A DNA stretch of 64,000 bases from Alphaproteobacteria bacterium (GTDB lineage: Bacteria > Pseudomonadota > Alphaproteobacteria > UBA8317): positions 64,001-128,000 of the forward strand of contig JAYPQH010000032.1 in the NCBI GenBank assembly GCA_038131935.1, written 5' to 3'. Shown piece by piece: positions 51,942 to 63,346 of the stretch. Under the pieces are notes generated by a model. It was not told the origin of the DNA and searched no databases. It saw only the letters and a program-made list of their open reading frames with translations. Within the stretch, counting starts at the first letter, position 1. Each line of letters starts with the position of its first letter. Both the position numbers and the translations under genes were made by a program.

Positions 51942-53222
51942 TTAGCTCTTATAAATTGGAAACTGAAGGCAGAATTCTTTAATTTCTTGCTTAACGCGTT
52001 GTTCAATATCCTGGTTCCCATCTGCACCATGTTCAGCAAGTCCTGTGAGCACAACGTTAATCCAGTCTGCCACTTTGACAAACTCATCAACACCAAAACC
52101 TCTTGTGGTGCCGGCGGGGGTGCCGAGACGAATACCAGAGGTAACCATTGGCTTTTCAGGATCTTGAGGAACCGCATTTTTATTGCATGTCATCCCAGCA
52201 CGTTCCAACGCTTCATCGGCTTCATTGCCCTTAAGGCCTCTTGGTCTCAAGTCTACCAAGCACATATGACAATCTGTTCCACCTGATACAATTGCAAAAC
52301 CATGTTCTACCAGACGCTCAGCAAGTGCACGTGCATTATCAATAACTTGTTGGCAATATTGTTTATAATCAGGACGCAATGCCTCACCAAAAGCAACAGC
52401 TTTAGCGGCAATGACATGCATCAGGGGACCGCCTTGAAGACCAGGAAAAATGCCCGAGTTGAATTTTTTACCCAGTTCCACATCATTTGAGAGAATCATG
52501 CCCCCACGAGGCCCCCTAAGTGTTTTGTGCGTGGTTGTTGTAACCACATGGGCATGTGGCAGAGGGCTTGGATACAGACCAGAAGCAATAAGACCTGAAT
52601 AATGTGCCATATCAGCGAGCAAATAAGCTCCAACTTCATCAGCAATTTCTCGAAATGTTTTAAAATCAATGGCCCTTGGATAGGCAGAGGCACCGGCAAT
52701 GATCATTTTAGGACTATGCGTTTTGGCCAAGTCCCTCACTTGATCAAAGTCAATCAAATGGGTGGTTGGGTCAACACCATAATGCACCGCGGAAAACCAT
52801 TTACCGGATTGGTTGGGTTTGGCTCCATGAGTCAGGTGACCACCAGCCGCAAGATCCATGCCCAAAATGGTATCATGCGGTTTCAAAAGGGCAAGGTAGA
52901 CAGCTTGATTTGCCTGTGATCCTGAATGCGGCTGCACATTAGCATAAGCACATTGATAGAGGGCACAAGCCCGTTCAATTGCCAAATTTTCCGCCCGATC
53001 AACAACCTCACAACCGGCATAATAGCGTTTACCAGGATATCCTTCAGCATACTTATTGGTAAGAACGGAGCCTTGAGCTTCGCGCACTGCTTGTGATGTT
53101 ATATTCTCGGAGGCGATAAGTTCAATTTGGTTTTGCTGGCGTGCGAACTCATCTTGCATTACAGCGAACAAATCCGGGTCGATTTTTGCCAACCCTGCAT
53201 CAAAGAAATCACTCATGGTCAC
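51942..53222 (-). CDS. glyA: Serine hydroxymethyltransferase
   Basis: 'LIASEN', 'NKYAEGYPG', '[14 protein letters not shown]'. Confidence 0.98.
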   Translation of the reverse strand: MTMSDFFDAGLAKIDPDLFAVMQDEFARQQNQIELIASENITSQAVREAQGSVLTNKYAEGYPGKRYYAGCEVVDRAENLAIERACALYQCAYANVQPHSGSQANQAVYLALLKPHDTILGMDLAAGGHLTHGAKPNQSGKWFSAVHYGVDPTTHLIDFDQVRDLAKTHSPKMIIAGASAYPRAIDFKTFREIADEVGAYLLADMAHYSGLIASGLYPSPLPHAHVVTTTTHKTLRGPRGGMILSNDVELGKKFNSGIFPGLQGGPLMHVIAAKAVAFGEALRPDYKQYCQQVIDNARALAERLVEHGFAIVSGGTDCHMCLVDLRPRGLKGNEADEALERAGMTCNKNAVPQDPEKPMVTSGIRLGTPAGTTRGFGVDEFVKVADWINVVLTGLAEHGADGNQDIEQRVKQEIKEFCLQFPIYKS

Positions 53223-53673
53223 TACTCCATTTGTTTGTCATTCTGTCACCAACATACCTTTAGCAGATCAATCTTCAAAAATGACGAGACAAGCAGATCA
53301 GCCTTCCGATCTCTTGCTCTAGAAAGCTTGAGATGTCTCATCGGGGTTTAATGTCAGAATGTTTCCACCAAAATTAAATTTCATGAGAGGGATTGATCAT
53401 AGTTGACATGGTCTGGCAAGTGCATCCACAGCATTGATACCAATGAGTGGTCATTACACATTCATAAGTTCAATTGGACTGAAAAGGAAATATTCATTTC
53501 AGCCAATCTTTACGATCAATAGACAATAGTACCCATTATCGCATTTCGCAAATGGCCAGCATCTTTTACGATACGTTAATATTTAAAAATGATTCACAAC
53601 ATTGTCTGCACATATAGAGTGTGGCAATGTCCATTTATGTTTACACGGCTTGCTGGCATACGAGGAGCTACAT

Positions 53674-54675
53674 ATGACGACCCCTTTCCCCCCTTTCCCA
53701 ATCTCTAGGCCAAGAAGACTTCGGCAGAACCCACAAATCCGAGCTATGGTTCGCGAGACAAATCTTCATGTAAGCGACCTCATCCTCCCTGTTTTTGTCA
53801 TACCAGGCCACGACCAACAGGAAGCTGTACCTTCAATGCCGCATGTACAAAGACATAGCGTAGATCGATTGGTTGAGGTGGCACGTAAGGCTCATGAGCT
53901 AGGTATTCCGGCAATGGCTCTTTTTCCTAATACGCCCGCTCATCTCCGCGATGAAAAAGGAACTGAAGCAACAAATCCAGACAACCTGGTGTGTCAAGCA
54001 TCACGAATGATCAAAGAGCATGTCCCTGACATGTTGGTAATTTGTGATGTTGCTTTAGATCCTTACACCAGCCACGGACATGATGGCCTCATTGAAAACG
54101 GGAACATCATCAATGATGCATCAATCGACGCTTTGGTCGCACAAAGTTTAAACCAAGTACGTGCTGGATGCGATATCATTGCTCCTTCAGATATGATGGA
54201 TGGCAGAGTTGCCGCCATTCGGTCTGCACTAGATACGCATGGATATGAAGACAAAATGATCATGTCTTATGCCGCAAAATACGCCAGCTGTTTTTACGGT
54301 CCTTTTCGTGATGCCGTGGGTGCTTCCTCTCAATTGATAGGTGATAAAAAAACCTATCAAATGGATAGTGGCAATGCCGACGAGGCGCTGCTTGAAATCG
54401 CGAGAGATATTTCGGAAGGCGCTGATATGGTGATGGTCAAACCCGGCATGCCTTATTTGGATATCATCTCCAAAGCGGCGGCAAAATTTGAAACACCGTT
54501 GTTTGCCTATCAAGTTTCTGGTGAGTACGCCATGATCGAATGGGCGGCTGCCTCTGGCGCATTAGACAGAGACAAAGCGCACATGGAAGCATTAGGTTGC
54601 TTCAAAAGGGCTGGCGTAGATGGCATTCTTACCTACTACGCGCTTGACGCAGCAGATCAGTTGCAACGCAACTGA
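53674..54675 (+). CDS. hemB: Porphobilinogen synthase (Asp-type, not Zn/Cys)
   Basis: 'RPRRLR', 'DVALDPYTSHGHDG', 'MVMVKPG', 'YQVSGEY'; GAGGAG RBS. Confidence 0.96.
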   Translation: MTTPFPPFPISRPRRLRQNPQIRAMVRETNLHVSDLILPVFVIPGHDQQEAVPSMPHVQRHSVDRLVEVARKAHELGIPAMALFPNTPAHLRDEKGTEATNPDNLVCQASRMIKEHVPDMLVICDVALDPYTSHGHDGLIENGNIINDASIDALVAQSLNQVRAGCDIIAPSDMMDGRVAAIRSALDTHGYEDKMIMSYAAKYASCFYGPFRDAVGASSQLIGDKKTYQMDSGNADEALLEIARDISEGADMVMVKPGMPYLDIISKAAAKFETPLFAYQVSGEYAMIEWAAASGALDRDKAHMEALGCFKRAGVDGILTYYALDAADQLQRN

Positions 54676-54755
54676 TCCTACCCCTCAGCTTTCCACGTTT
54701 GATCGTATATCCTTTGCCCAAATGGTCTGGATAAGCTTTGTCTTGTGCAAAAGCA

Positions 54756-55625
54756 TCAATGCTTTCCGGATAAACGTGCAATTAATGATGATGTATCCCA
54801 ACGGTTTCCACCCATATTTTGGACATCAGCATAAAACTGATCCACCATAGCGGTCATGGGCAATGAAATGCCACGAGCACGTGCTTCTTGGAGACAAATT
54901 CTTAAATCCTTGCGCATCCAATCCACAGCAAAACCAAACTCAAATTGATCCTCAAGCATGGTATGACCACGATTTTCCATCTGCCAAGACTGCGCGGCTC
55001 CCTTAGAAATCACACTTAAGACGCGATCTCCATCAATACCAGATTTTTCAGCAAAATTTAGAGCTTCTGCCAAACCTTGAACCACCCCTGCAATACAAAT
55101 TTGATTGACCATTTTGCACAATTGTCCATCACCAGGATCACCAATACGAACACAGGATTTGGCATAAATATCCAAGACATCTTTTACACGGTCAAAATCT
55201 TCACTCAATGCACCACACATGATACCTAGCTGACCATTTTCAGCACCGGCTTGCCCCCCAGAGACAGGTGCATCGACAAAGCCAACCTGTTTTTCAGCAC
55301 ATAATGCATGGAGCTTTTTGGCCAATCCTGCTGAACCTGTTGTATGATCGACCAAGAAAGCCCCCTCACGCACACCGCGCAATACGCCATCTTCACCACA
55401 CACAACATGCTCTACATCAGGGTCATCCCCCAAACACATCAAAATAATATCTGCATTGAGCACAGCTTCTGAGGGAGTTGAAGCAAAGCTACCCCCAAAT
55501 TCGTCAGCCCATTTTTCTGCTTTGGCAGTGGTTCTATTGAATACACACACATCATGACCAGCTTTTTGAAGATGGCCGGCCATGGGATATCCCATCACCC
55601 CAAGCCCTAAAAACGCAAGTTTCAT
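54756..55625 (-). CDS. Beta-hydroxyacid dehydrogenase family (NAD(P)-dependent)
   Basis: 'GLGVMGYPMA', 'DAPVSGGQAGA', 'KMVNQI', 'FAVDWMRKDL'. Confidence 0.9.
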   Translation of the reverse strand: MKLAFLGLGVMGYPMAGHLQKAGHDVCVFNRTTAKAEKWADEFGGSFASTPSEAVLNADIILMCLGDDPDVEHVVCGEDGVLRGVREGAFLVDHTTGSAGLAKKLHALCAEKQVGFVDAPVSGGQAGAENGQLGIMCGALSEDFDRVKDVLDIYAKSCVRIGDPGDGQLCKMVNQICIAGVVQGLAEALNFAEKSGIDGDRVLSVISKGAAQSWQMENRGHTMLEDQFEFGFAVDWMRKDLRICLQEARARGISLPMTAMVDQFYADVQNMGGNRWDTSSLIARLSGKH

Positions 55626-55716
55626 GTCAATTTCCTCCTTATTATTCACAACAACTTATCATGCGATGAACTGCATAACCATTTATGAGATCCACGTCAC
55701 CCAGTCTCATTTGCTT

Positions 55717-57023
55717 TTAGCGCCAAATATCACGCATTCTCTGATAACTCATTTGCTGCCAACAACAAGGGAAGACGCAACATGGACCCTCCTGGAAATT
55801 TTCTTCTAGGAAGAGCGGCCAAGTCATCAAGATTTTCTCGCTCCCCCAAGGCAGCAAGAGCGAGGCTATCTCCTACATGTGAGGTAAGCGCAAGACCATG
55901 TCCAGAATACGCACAAGCATAAAAACCGTTGGGGGCGAACTCCCCCACAAGAGGGAGTCGGTGGTATGATATTGCAAGCAAACCAGGCCAATAATGAGAA
56001 ATCCCAATATCCCTTAATTGTGGAAAAACGCGCAACATATCTCGTTGAAGTATATGTACACCAGGGCCTTTTCTACTTGTATCATAGGCCACTTGCCCAC
56101 CGAATATCATTTGTCCAAATTCATTTTTACGAAAATAATTTAATACAAAATTGCTATCACAATAACATGCACCATCATCCAAAACAGAAGACAGATCTCT
56201 CCCAAGTGGATAGGTGGCCAACATAAAATTGGCCACAGGCATGACAAAAGAAGCAAGCTGGGGAAGTAGCCGCGCAATCCAAGCATTTATACAAACATAA
56301 ACATGGCGCGTTTTGATGATATGTTGGCTCCCTCGACATTTGCTCACAACGTGAAAAAGGCCCTCATCTGGCTTATATTCAATGGCAACAACCCTATGAT
56401 GCTGCACAAAAATTAACGGAGCGACTTTTAAGCTGCTGTGCCAGGGCATGCACATAAGCTAGCGGATCAATATGCCCTGCACCGTAATCAACATAGCCGC
56501 CAAAAAAACGTTTTGATCCCGATCGAGCTTGTGCCTCATCTTTATCAAACAACACAAAATGACCACCAAAACGTTCATTTATCTCCCTTGCACGTTGATG
56601 CAAGGAGTTCATATGTGATGGCTTTGCAGCCAATTCACCACCACCATTATGCCACCGGAGGTCAAATGATACACAGTCCTCGCGTACAGTTTGTACCGCT
56701 GATATAGAATTTTTCCATAATCGTTTAGCTCGATCTAGGCCAACCATCTGCTCTAATTTTGTTGGCGTTGTGTTAAAGCCTTGTAAGACCTGTCCCCCGT
56801 TTACCCCAGAAGCGCCAGCACCCAGCGTTTCTGCATCAACAACAGTAACCTGGCAGCCTCTATCGCTCAACGTGCGCGCCACATTAAGGCCTGTCAAACC
56901 TGCACCAACAACCAGATGATCTATCTCCGACATAGGAGGAGCAGAATAAAAAGAATTTGGAAACTCCCTAGCATTCTGAGCATAGAGCGAAGTAGATTGA
57001 TTTAACCAAGGGGCTCTCGACAT
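55717..57023 (-). CDS. FAD-dependent oxidoreductase, PuuB (gamma-glutamylputrescine oxidase)-like; indels near 56410 and 55752
   Basis: 'VGAGLTG', 'GASGVNGGQ', 'FVLNYFR', 'YSGHGLA', 'FPGG'; corrected C-terminus 'LAAMSYQRMRDIWR*'. Confidence 0.8.
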
Positions 57024-57075
57024 CAAAAGACTCTTACAATACAGGTTGTGACTTGGTCCTTGAGACACCAAAAAC

Positions 57076-58854
57076 ATGGTAGAAGCAATGGTAAGTATCT
57101 GGGCAAGTATGTTTCTGACGATTTCGGCAATCGTTATTTTTGCACTTGATAGATTTGCCATGGAGCTTGTCGGACTGGGTATCATTATTGCGGCGCTTGT
57201 CATCGCAACCCTTCTGACAGAAGCGGGATATCAGGCGCCAAGTTCTGATATGTTGCTTGAAGGATTTGCATCTCCTGCGTTGATCACAATTCTGGCTTTG
57301 CTCGTCATCGGACAGTCATTGTTCAGGACGGGGGCATTGAGCTTTTTGTTTGAAAAGCTTTTAAAACCAAGCCCTAAATGGAGCCGTCAAAACTTGATTT
57401 TAATCGCACTGCTCATCGCGACAGTTACATCTGCGTTTATGAACAACACACCCATTACAATCATTTTCATCCCGATTATTTCTGCCCTGATGCAAGGCTA
57501 TTTGCCGCTTTCCAAATACATGATGTCATTGAGTTTTTTGACAGTTTTAGGAGGCATGACAACGCTTGTTGGATCATCAACAAATTTACTTGTAGCCAGC
57601 ACATCTGAAAGTCTTGGTGGTCCAGCAATAGGTTTTTTTGACTTCTTTGCCATGGGATCAATTTTGGCTCTTGTGGGAAGTGTGTACTGCCTTTTTATTC
57701 TTCCACGACTGTTGCCAAATAGAAGCGAAGACAATCAGTTTTCACGGCAACAGGGAAAACAATATGTCGTCCAACTCTCTCTTCATGAAGGCCATCCTTT
57801 TGTGGGAGCTCGTGCCGTATCAGGACTATTTCCTGAACTGAGTCGCATTACAATAAAACTGGTTACACGTGACCATCAAAAGTTTTTCCCTCCTTATGAT
57901 GATATTACCTTGATGCCCGGAGATGAAGTGGTTGCAACATCAACGAGAGAACGGCTGACGGAAGTGTTGGCACGCACACCCACCCCAGAAGAAGACGATA
58001 GAGATATTGTGTTAACTGAGGTGGTTGTTGCTCCTGGGTCACGTTTGGAGGGACGCGCTCTGTCTGCCACAGGTTTTTCCGAACGCACCAAATGCTCGGT
58101 TCTAGGACTTCAACGTCGCGCCAAAATGATCCATACCAATCTGGATGCAATGTATGTACAGCCAGGAGACGTATTGCTGCTATCTGGGAGTTCAGAGTCC
58201 ATACAAGACCTACAACAGGAAACAGATGTTCTCGTTCTCGCCAACAGCATGGGTGAAATACCACCGAGGAAAAAAGCCCCCCTAGCGATGTGTATTTTTC
58301 TTGCGACAATTCTAACTTCTGCCCTAGCTGGCATTCCCATTCTTATCACATCATGCTTGGGCGCCTTTGCGATGTTGGCAAGTGGATGCATTCAACTTTC
58401 GCAGGCCTTACGCGCAATTGATGCACGTATTATTTTTATTGTTGCTAGTTCATATGCATTAGGTCAAATGCTACAACATACCGGAGCTGCAGAAATGCTA
58501 ACCAAGCAATTTGTGCAATCTGCAGTGCATTTGTCATCACTACACCTCGCTTCAGCCATGTTTCTTTGCATTGCCTTATTGACCAATTTGCTTTCCAACA
58601 ATGCTACTGCCATTATTTTCACGCCCATCGCACTTGGCCTAGCAACCAGCACGGGCGGATCAGCTGAATTGTTTTTGCATGCCACCATCTTTGCTGCAAA
58701 TTGTTGTTTTGCGACACCCATGGCATACCAAACCAACCTATTGGTGATGACACCAGGACAGTATCGCTTCCAAGACTTCATGCGAGGTGGACTTCCTTTG
58801 ATTATCATTCTTTGGATCACCTTTTCTATCATGGCGACTTTCCTGTATAGATAA
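57076..58854 (+). CDS. SLC13/CitMHS-like permease with two TrkA-C domains
   Basis: 'SAFMNNT', 'GGMTTLVGSSTNL', 'LSNNATA', 'TPMAYQTN'. Confidence 0.88.
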   Translation: MVEAMVSIWASMFLTISAIVIFALDRFAMELVGLGIIIAALVIATLLTEAGYQAPSSDMLLEGFASPALITILALLVIGQSLFRTGALSFLFEKLLKPSPKWSRQNLILIALLIATVTSAFMNNTPITIIFIPIISALMQGYLPLSKYMMSLSFLTVLGGMTTLVGSSTNLLVASTSESLGGPAIGFFDFFAMGSILALVGSVYCLFILPRLLPNRSEDNQFSRQQGKQYVVQLSLHEGHPFVGARAVSGLFPELSRITIKLVTRDHQKFFPPYDDITLMPGDEVVATSTRERLTEVLARTPTPEEDDRDIVLTEVVVAPGSRLEGRALSATGFSERTKCSVLGLQRRAKMIHTNLDAMYVQPGDVLLLSGSSESIQDLQQETDVLVLANSMGEIPPRKKAPLAMCIFLATILTSALAGIPILITSCLGAFAMLASGCIQLSQALRAIDARIIFIVASSYALGQMLQHTGAAEMLTKQFVQSAVHLSSLHLASAMFLCIALLTNLLSNNATAIIFTPIALGLATSTGGSAELFLHATIFAANCCFATPMAYQTNLLVMTPGQYRFQDFMRGGLPLIIILWITFSIMATFLYR

Positions 58855-58879
58855 ATTGAGATGACGAAGTTGGGGTTTT

Positions 58880-59641
58880 ATGTCTGTTGATCCTAGGTTG
58901 AAATTGATCCGTTTTTTCATGACTGGTCCGGGGCCATGCCCGTACTTGCCAGGACGTGAAGAGAGGAAAGTCTTTACAAGGCTTGATAGCCGCATGGGTG
59001 TACAACTGAATGAGTTGTTGTCCCATCATGGCTTTCGACGTTCTCAATCCATTGCGTACAGGCCGTCATGTCTGGGATGCCAATCCTGCATTTCCGTGCG
59101 ATTGGTCTCACAAAAGTATAAAGTATCAAAAAGTCATCGCAGGATAATTGCACAAAATTCAGATTTGAGCCGTAAATTACTTCCACCAATGGCCACCGAG
59201 GAGCAATATATTCTTTTTCAAAAATATATTGCCGCGCGCCATGATGAAGGAGGTATGGCAGACATGGACGAGGATGATTTTGTGAGAATGATTGAAGACA
59301 GCCCCGTCGACACCCAGGTCATTGAATATCGGACAGAAGAAGACAACAAGCTTGTGGCTTTCTGCTTAACAGATATTATGAACGACGGGCTATCAATGGT
59401 TTATTCTGTGTTTGATCCAGCACTCAAAAAGCGCTCTTTAGGAAAATTCATGATCATGGACCATGTGAAAATCTCACGTGATCACAATCTTGACTATATT
59501 TATTTGGGATACTGGGTGGATCAGTCCAACAAAATGGCCTACAAAGCGGGTTTTCAGCCATTGCAATATTTGTGTAACGGTCAGTGGAAAGACAAACCTG
59601 AGTTAAATATCTCAAGCGACAGCGATATTTGGGGACACTAA
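58880..59641 (+). CDS. ATE-like aminoacyl-tRNA-protein transferase (bacterial Bpt)
   Basis: 'PCPYLP', 'GFRRSQ..AYRP.C..C', 'RH.EGGM', 'SLG', 'YLGYWV...KM.YK'. Confidence 0.92.
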   Translation: MSVDPRLKLIRFFMTGPGPCPYLPGREERKVFTRLDSRMGVQLNELLSHHGFRRSQSIAYRPSCLGCQSCISVRLVSQKYKVSKSHRRIIAQNSDLSRKLLPPMATEEQYILFQKYIAARHDEGGMADMDEDDFVRMIEDSPVDTQVIEYRTEEDNKLVAFCLTDIMNDGLSMVYSVFDPALKKRSLGKFMIMDHVKISRDHNLDYIYLGYWVDQSNKMAYKAGFQPLQYLCNGQWKDKPELNISSDSDIWGH

Positions 59642-59672
59642 TTAGTGCCCCCAATGATCATGAAACATGCGT

Positions 59673-60272
59673 TTATATTTTCGAAACAATACGCTGTAGG
59701 TAAGGAAATGCCAATCCAGCCATCACGGCCTTAACGCAGTCGGCCAAGATAAAAGGTGTAAAGCCCCAAGCCCACACACGCTCATCAAAGCCAACCAAAG
59801 ATCCAAGATACAGAAGACCAGGGATATACATAATGATGACGCCAGAAAGCATCACTGGTATCATGAAGGACAAGCGTGAAGCGTGCCGACTTTGCGCCAT
59901 GGATCCAACAAATATTGTTAACAAGACAAATCCTAACAGATACCCACCCGTCGGGCCTACCATATAGGCAATTCCAATACCTCTTTCTGGTGTACCAGCG
60001 AACACGGGCAAGCCAAGAGCACCCTCCGCCATGTAAAGTAAAATGGTCGCCAATGCGTGAACCTTCCCAAAGCTCGCGGCAATTAATAGCAAGACCAGAA
60101 GTTGCAATGTCATGGGTACTGGGTAAAATGGAACCTGCATCTTAGCTGATACAGCAAGTGCTACCGAACCTAACACAGCCATCACAAAAAGACGAAGAAA
60201 GCGTTCGCCAGGAAGCTGCGCTGGCCAAATATGCTCAACCAAACTTGTTTGACCAGAAAATATCTTTGTCAT
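59673..60272 (-). CDS. bioY: Biotin transporter BioY
   Basis: 'VPF.PVPMTLQ', 'GLPVFA', 'GPTGGYL.GF'. Confidence 0.93.
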   Translation of the reverse strand: MTKIFSGQTSLVEHIWPAQLPGERFLRLFVMAVLGSVALAVSAKMQVPFYPVPMTLQLLVLLLIAASFGKVHALATILLYMAEGALGLPVFAGTPERGIGIAYMVGPTGGYLLGFVLLTIFVGSMAQSRHASRLSFMIPVMLSGVIIMYIPGLLYLGSLVGFDERVWAWGFTPFILADCVKAVMAGLAFPYLQRIVSKI

Positions 60273-60326
60273 GATGGATTACCCCTCTTATGTTTCTATG
60301 TAAATGAGACAGCAACTGCCTTATCG

Positions 60327-62567
60327 TCAAGATGCTTCATGATCAAAACGACCATTTCTATTAAAGCCCCGGGGGACCATACGCCCGGCATTTCCTCGTT
60401 TTGCAATATATTGTTCCCATTGATTGACTTGTTGCCGGCGCCCAGCTGCATCAGTCCAACTTAAACCCTCTTCGGCAAAAAACGTGATGATATCAGCAAG
60501 GCCACCATCTTTGAATTTTTGGACCATAACACCGCGACCTTTTTCCATAATAGGAAGATCATCTATCGGAAAAGCCAACATTTTGCGGTTTTCGCCTAGG
60601 GTCGCAACATGGTCACCAGCAACCAATCTAATTTTTTTCAGCGTGATAGAAGGCTGCAATGTCATGACTTGTTTGCCACCTCTATTTTTGGACATGCATG
60701 CATCGGATTCCACAACAAAGGCCCGACCATCGCTACTTGCAAGAAGAAACTTTGCACCTTGCTGATACACAAAAATACCTGCGACATCATCATCAGCTGC
60801 CATGGTGACCAAAAGCCTCAAAGGTTCACCTAATCCGCGGCCAGCGGGTAACTGTTCTGGTTCCAATAAAAATACGCGTCCAAATTTTGTGAAGACCATA
60901 ATTTGCTGATCACTTGTCATATGTTGCAAGATTTGCAGGTCATCGCCCTCTTTAAACTTCAGCTCAACGTCTTGAGCTAAATGGCCTTTAAACAGACGCA
61001 CCCATCCTTGTTTTGATAATACCAGCGTGACAGGCTCCTGAAGGCGATTTTGCTTAAGCGCTGTTTCAATATCAACAACTGGCGCATCTTGAAAACTTGT
61101 ACGCCGCCGACCCAAAGCCGTTTTCTTACCAAAACGCTTAATCAAATCCTTTGTCTCTTGAACCAAGACTCGATCCAGATGTTTTTTATCCTCTACAATA
61201 CTGCGCAAATTATCAGCCTCAACATTTAACGCTGATATTTCAGAGGTAAGCTTTTCCTCTTCTAACTTTCTCAAGGCACGCAATCTTGTATCAAGAATGG
61301 CATCAGCTTGACGTTCTGTTAAATGGAATACACGCATCAACTCAGCGCGGGGTTCGTCTTCCTCACGAATGATGCGAATAACCTCATCAAGATCGAGATA
61401 GATTAGACGTAAACCCTCTAAAATTTCCAGCCGATCAGCGATTTTTTTCAACCGAAATTGAGAGCGCCGTAACACCACCACCCGTCTGTGCTCGAGGAAT
61501 CCTAGAAGTGCATCCTTCAAGCTATGAACATGTGGTTGGCCAGAACCATCAAGAACATTTAAATTTAAGGATATTTTACTCTCAAGATCTGTTTGATTGA
61601 ACAAAACTTCCATCATTGCATCTGCATCTACAGCCTTATTCTTAGGCTCCAATACAACACGCAAGTCTTCAGCTGATTCATCACGGACGTCAGCAAGAAA
61701 CATATTTTTCTTATCCAAAACAATATCAGCCAACTGCTCGATTAAGCGTGATTTTTGCACTTGGTAGGGAATTTCTGTCACAACAATTTGATACGAACCT
61801 CGGGCAAGTGTTTCACGTTCCCACCTTGAACGAACACGAAAACCACCTCGCCCTGTGAGATATGCTTGCATAACCTGTTGTTTAGGCTCGACCAAAATAC
61901 CTCCAGTTGGAAAATCAGGTCCAGGGATAAACTGACAAATTTTTTCATCAGGGGTATGTGGATCTTGAATAAGAGCTATCAATGCAAGCCCAAGTTCTTC
62001 GACATTGTGAGGAGGAATAGATGTAGCCATCCCTACCGCAATTCCATTTGAACCATTGGCCAATAGATTAGGGAATGCTGATGGCAGAACCATTGGTTCG
62101 GTTTCAGTTCCATCATAGTTATCACGAAAATCAACTGTTTCCAGTTCGATATCTTGCAGAAGCGCGAGCGCGACATCAGAAAGTCTTGCCTCCGTGTAAC
62201 GTGGTGCCGCCGCAGAATCTCCATCAACGTTTCCAAAATTTCCTTGTCCCTCTACCAGAGGATAACGAGAGGAAAAGTCTTGCGCGAGACGCACCAACGC
62301 CTCATAGACCGCACTTTCGCCGTGAGGATGAAATTTACCAATGACATCACCAACAACGCGAGATGACCGTTTGAAGTGACTTGATGGATCCAATTTTAAC
62401 GCCCGCATGGCATACAAAATACGTCGATGAACAGGCTTCATACCATCGCGAACGTCAGGCAGTGCACGCTGGGTAATGGTGGACAGAGCATAGGCCAAAT
62501 AACGTTCACCAAGCAGCTCCGCAAATGGCTCCGTTTGAACGTTTTTTTCCTCTGAGGTCTCAGCCAT
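60327..62567 (-). CDS. parC: DNA topoisomerase IV subunit A
   Basis: '[15 protein letters not shown]', 'FHPHGE', '[10 protein letters not shown]'; short CTD of ParC type. Confidence 0.95.
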   Translation of the reverse strand: MAETSEEKNVQTEPFAELLGERYLAYALSTITQRALPDVRDGMKPVHRRILYAMRALKLDPSSHFKRSSRVVGDVIGKFHPHGESAVYEALVRLAQDFSSRYPLVEGQGNFGNVDGDSAAAPRYTEARLSDVALALLQDIELETVDFRDNYDGTETEPMVLPSAFPNLLANGSNGIAVGMATSIPPHNVEELGLALIALIQDPHTPDEKICQFIPGPDFPTGGILVEPKQQVMQAYLTGRGGFRVRSRWERETLARGSYQIVVTEIPYQVQKSRLIEQLADIVLDKKNMFLADVRDESAEDLRVVLEPKNKAVDADAMMEVLFNQTDLESKISLNLNVLDGSGQPHVHSLKDALLGFLEHRRVVVLRRSQFRLKKIADRLEILEGLRLIYLDLDEVIRIIREEDEPRAELMRVFHLTERQADAILDTRLRALRKLEEEKLTSEISALNVEADNLRSIVEDKKHLDRVLVQETKDLIKRFGKKTALGRRRTSFQDAPVVDIETALKQNRLQEPVTLVLSKQGWVRLFKGHLAQDVELKFKEGDDLQILQHMTSDQQIMVFTKFGRVFLLEPEQLPAGRGLGEPLRLLVTMAADDDVAGIFVYQQGAKFLLASSDGRAFVVESDACMSKNRGGKQVMTLQPSITLKKIRLVAGDHVATLGENRKMLAFPIDDLPIMEKGRGVMVQKFKDGGLADIITFFAEEGLSWTDAAGRRQQVNQWEQYIAKRGNAGRMVPRGFNRNGRFDHEAS

Positions 62568-62609
62568 CTTGTTCCCCTATTCGTAAAATCAGCACAGGCC
62601 TCATGCCCA

Positions 62610-63341
62610 TCATGTATTGCCCTCGTTGTTCCCAGATAATTTCTGCACAAATAGTTGCCTGCTTTGCAGATATGCTGAGATATCCATACTTTGTGCTACT
62701 TTACGCAAAAAATGACCAGTCACCATTAAAGCTTTATGCAAGTCATCATTTGTTTTCACCATTGATGGGTCTAACAAGGTTGGCAAAAGAGGTAACAAAC
62801 GTGACTCGTAGCCCTTGGCAACTGATCGAGAAACAGCATGGCCTGTTCTTGGGCTAATGTATAACAATTCACTCTTACTATTTGTAACTGAACACTTTTC
62901 TAGATCAAGAGCATAGCCAATTTGCCCAAGAAGTAAGAGTTCAAAACGTAGATACGTAGACCTCCATAACAACTCCTGGTCCATCGCCAAAAGCAACCCA
63001 TCAACCCCTTCGAACAATTGAGGGAAGGATTCAGATTCTGAACAAAACCCCCGAATCAGGTCAATCACACCACGCAACAAGATGGGCGCCATGTCATGGG
63101 TAAAAATAGCTAGAGGTGGGTTGCGAAGGCTTTCCACTTGAAATGTTCCTAGCCGATCTTCATGGCGTGCCCGCCATAACACACGTACCCGCTCGGTTAT
63201 CCCATAAGGTTTTCCATAACGCACAGCTTGACGCACCAATCCTCGTCTTAGGCCATGTTGATGGGTCAACGTGGTCATAATAAAACTACGTTCACCATAT
63301 CGCTCTAAAGAAAGTACAAATGCATCATCGACCCACTGCAT
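62610..63341 (-). CDS. recO: DNA repair protein RecO
   Basis: 'MQWVDDA.VL', 'WRAR.E..LG', 'YISPRTGHAVS'. Confidence 0.92.
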   Translation of the reverse strand: MQWVDDAFVLSLERYGERSFIMTTLTHQHGLRRGLVRQAVRYGKPYGITERVRVLWRARHEDRLGTFQVESLRNPPLAIFTHDMAPILLRGVIDLIRGFCSESESFPQLFEGVDGLLLAMDQELLWRSTYLRFELLLLGQIGYALDLEKCSVTNSKSELLYISPRTGHAVSRSVAKGYESRLLPLLPTLLDPSMVKTNDDLHKALMVTGHFLRKVAQSMDISAYLQSRQLFVQKLSGNNEGNT

Positions 63342-63346
63342 TTGGG

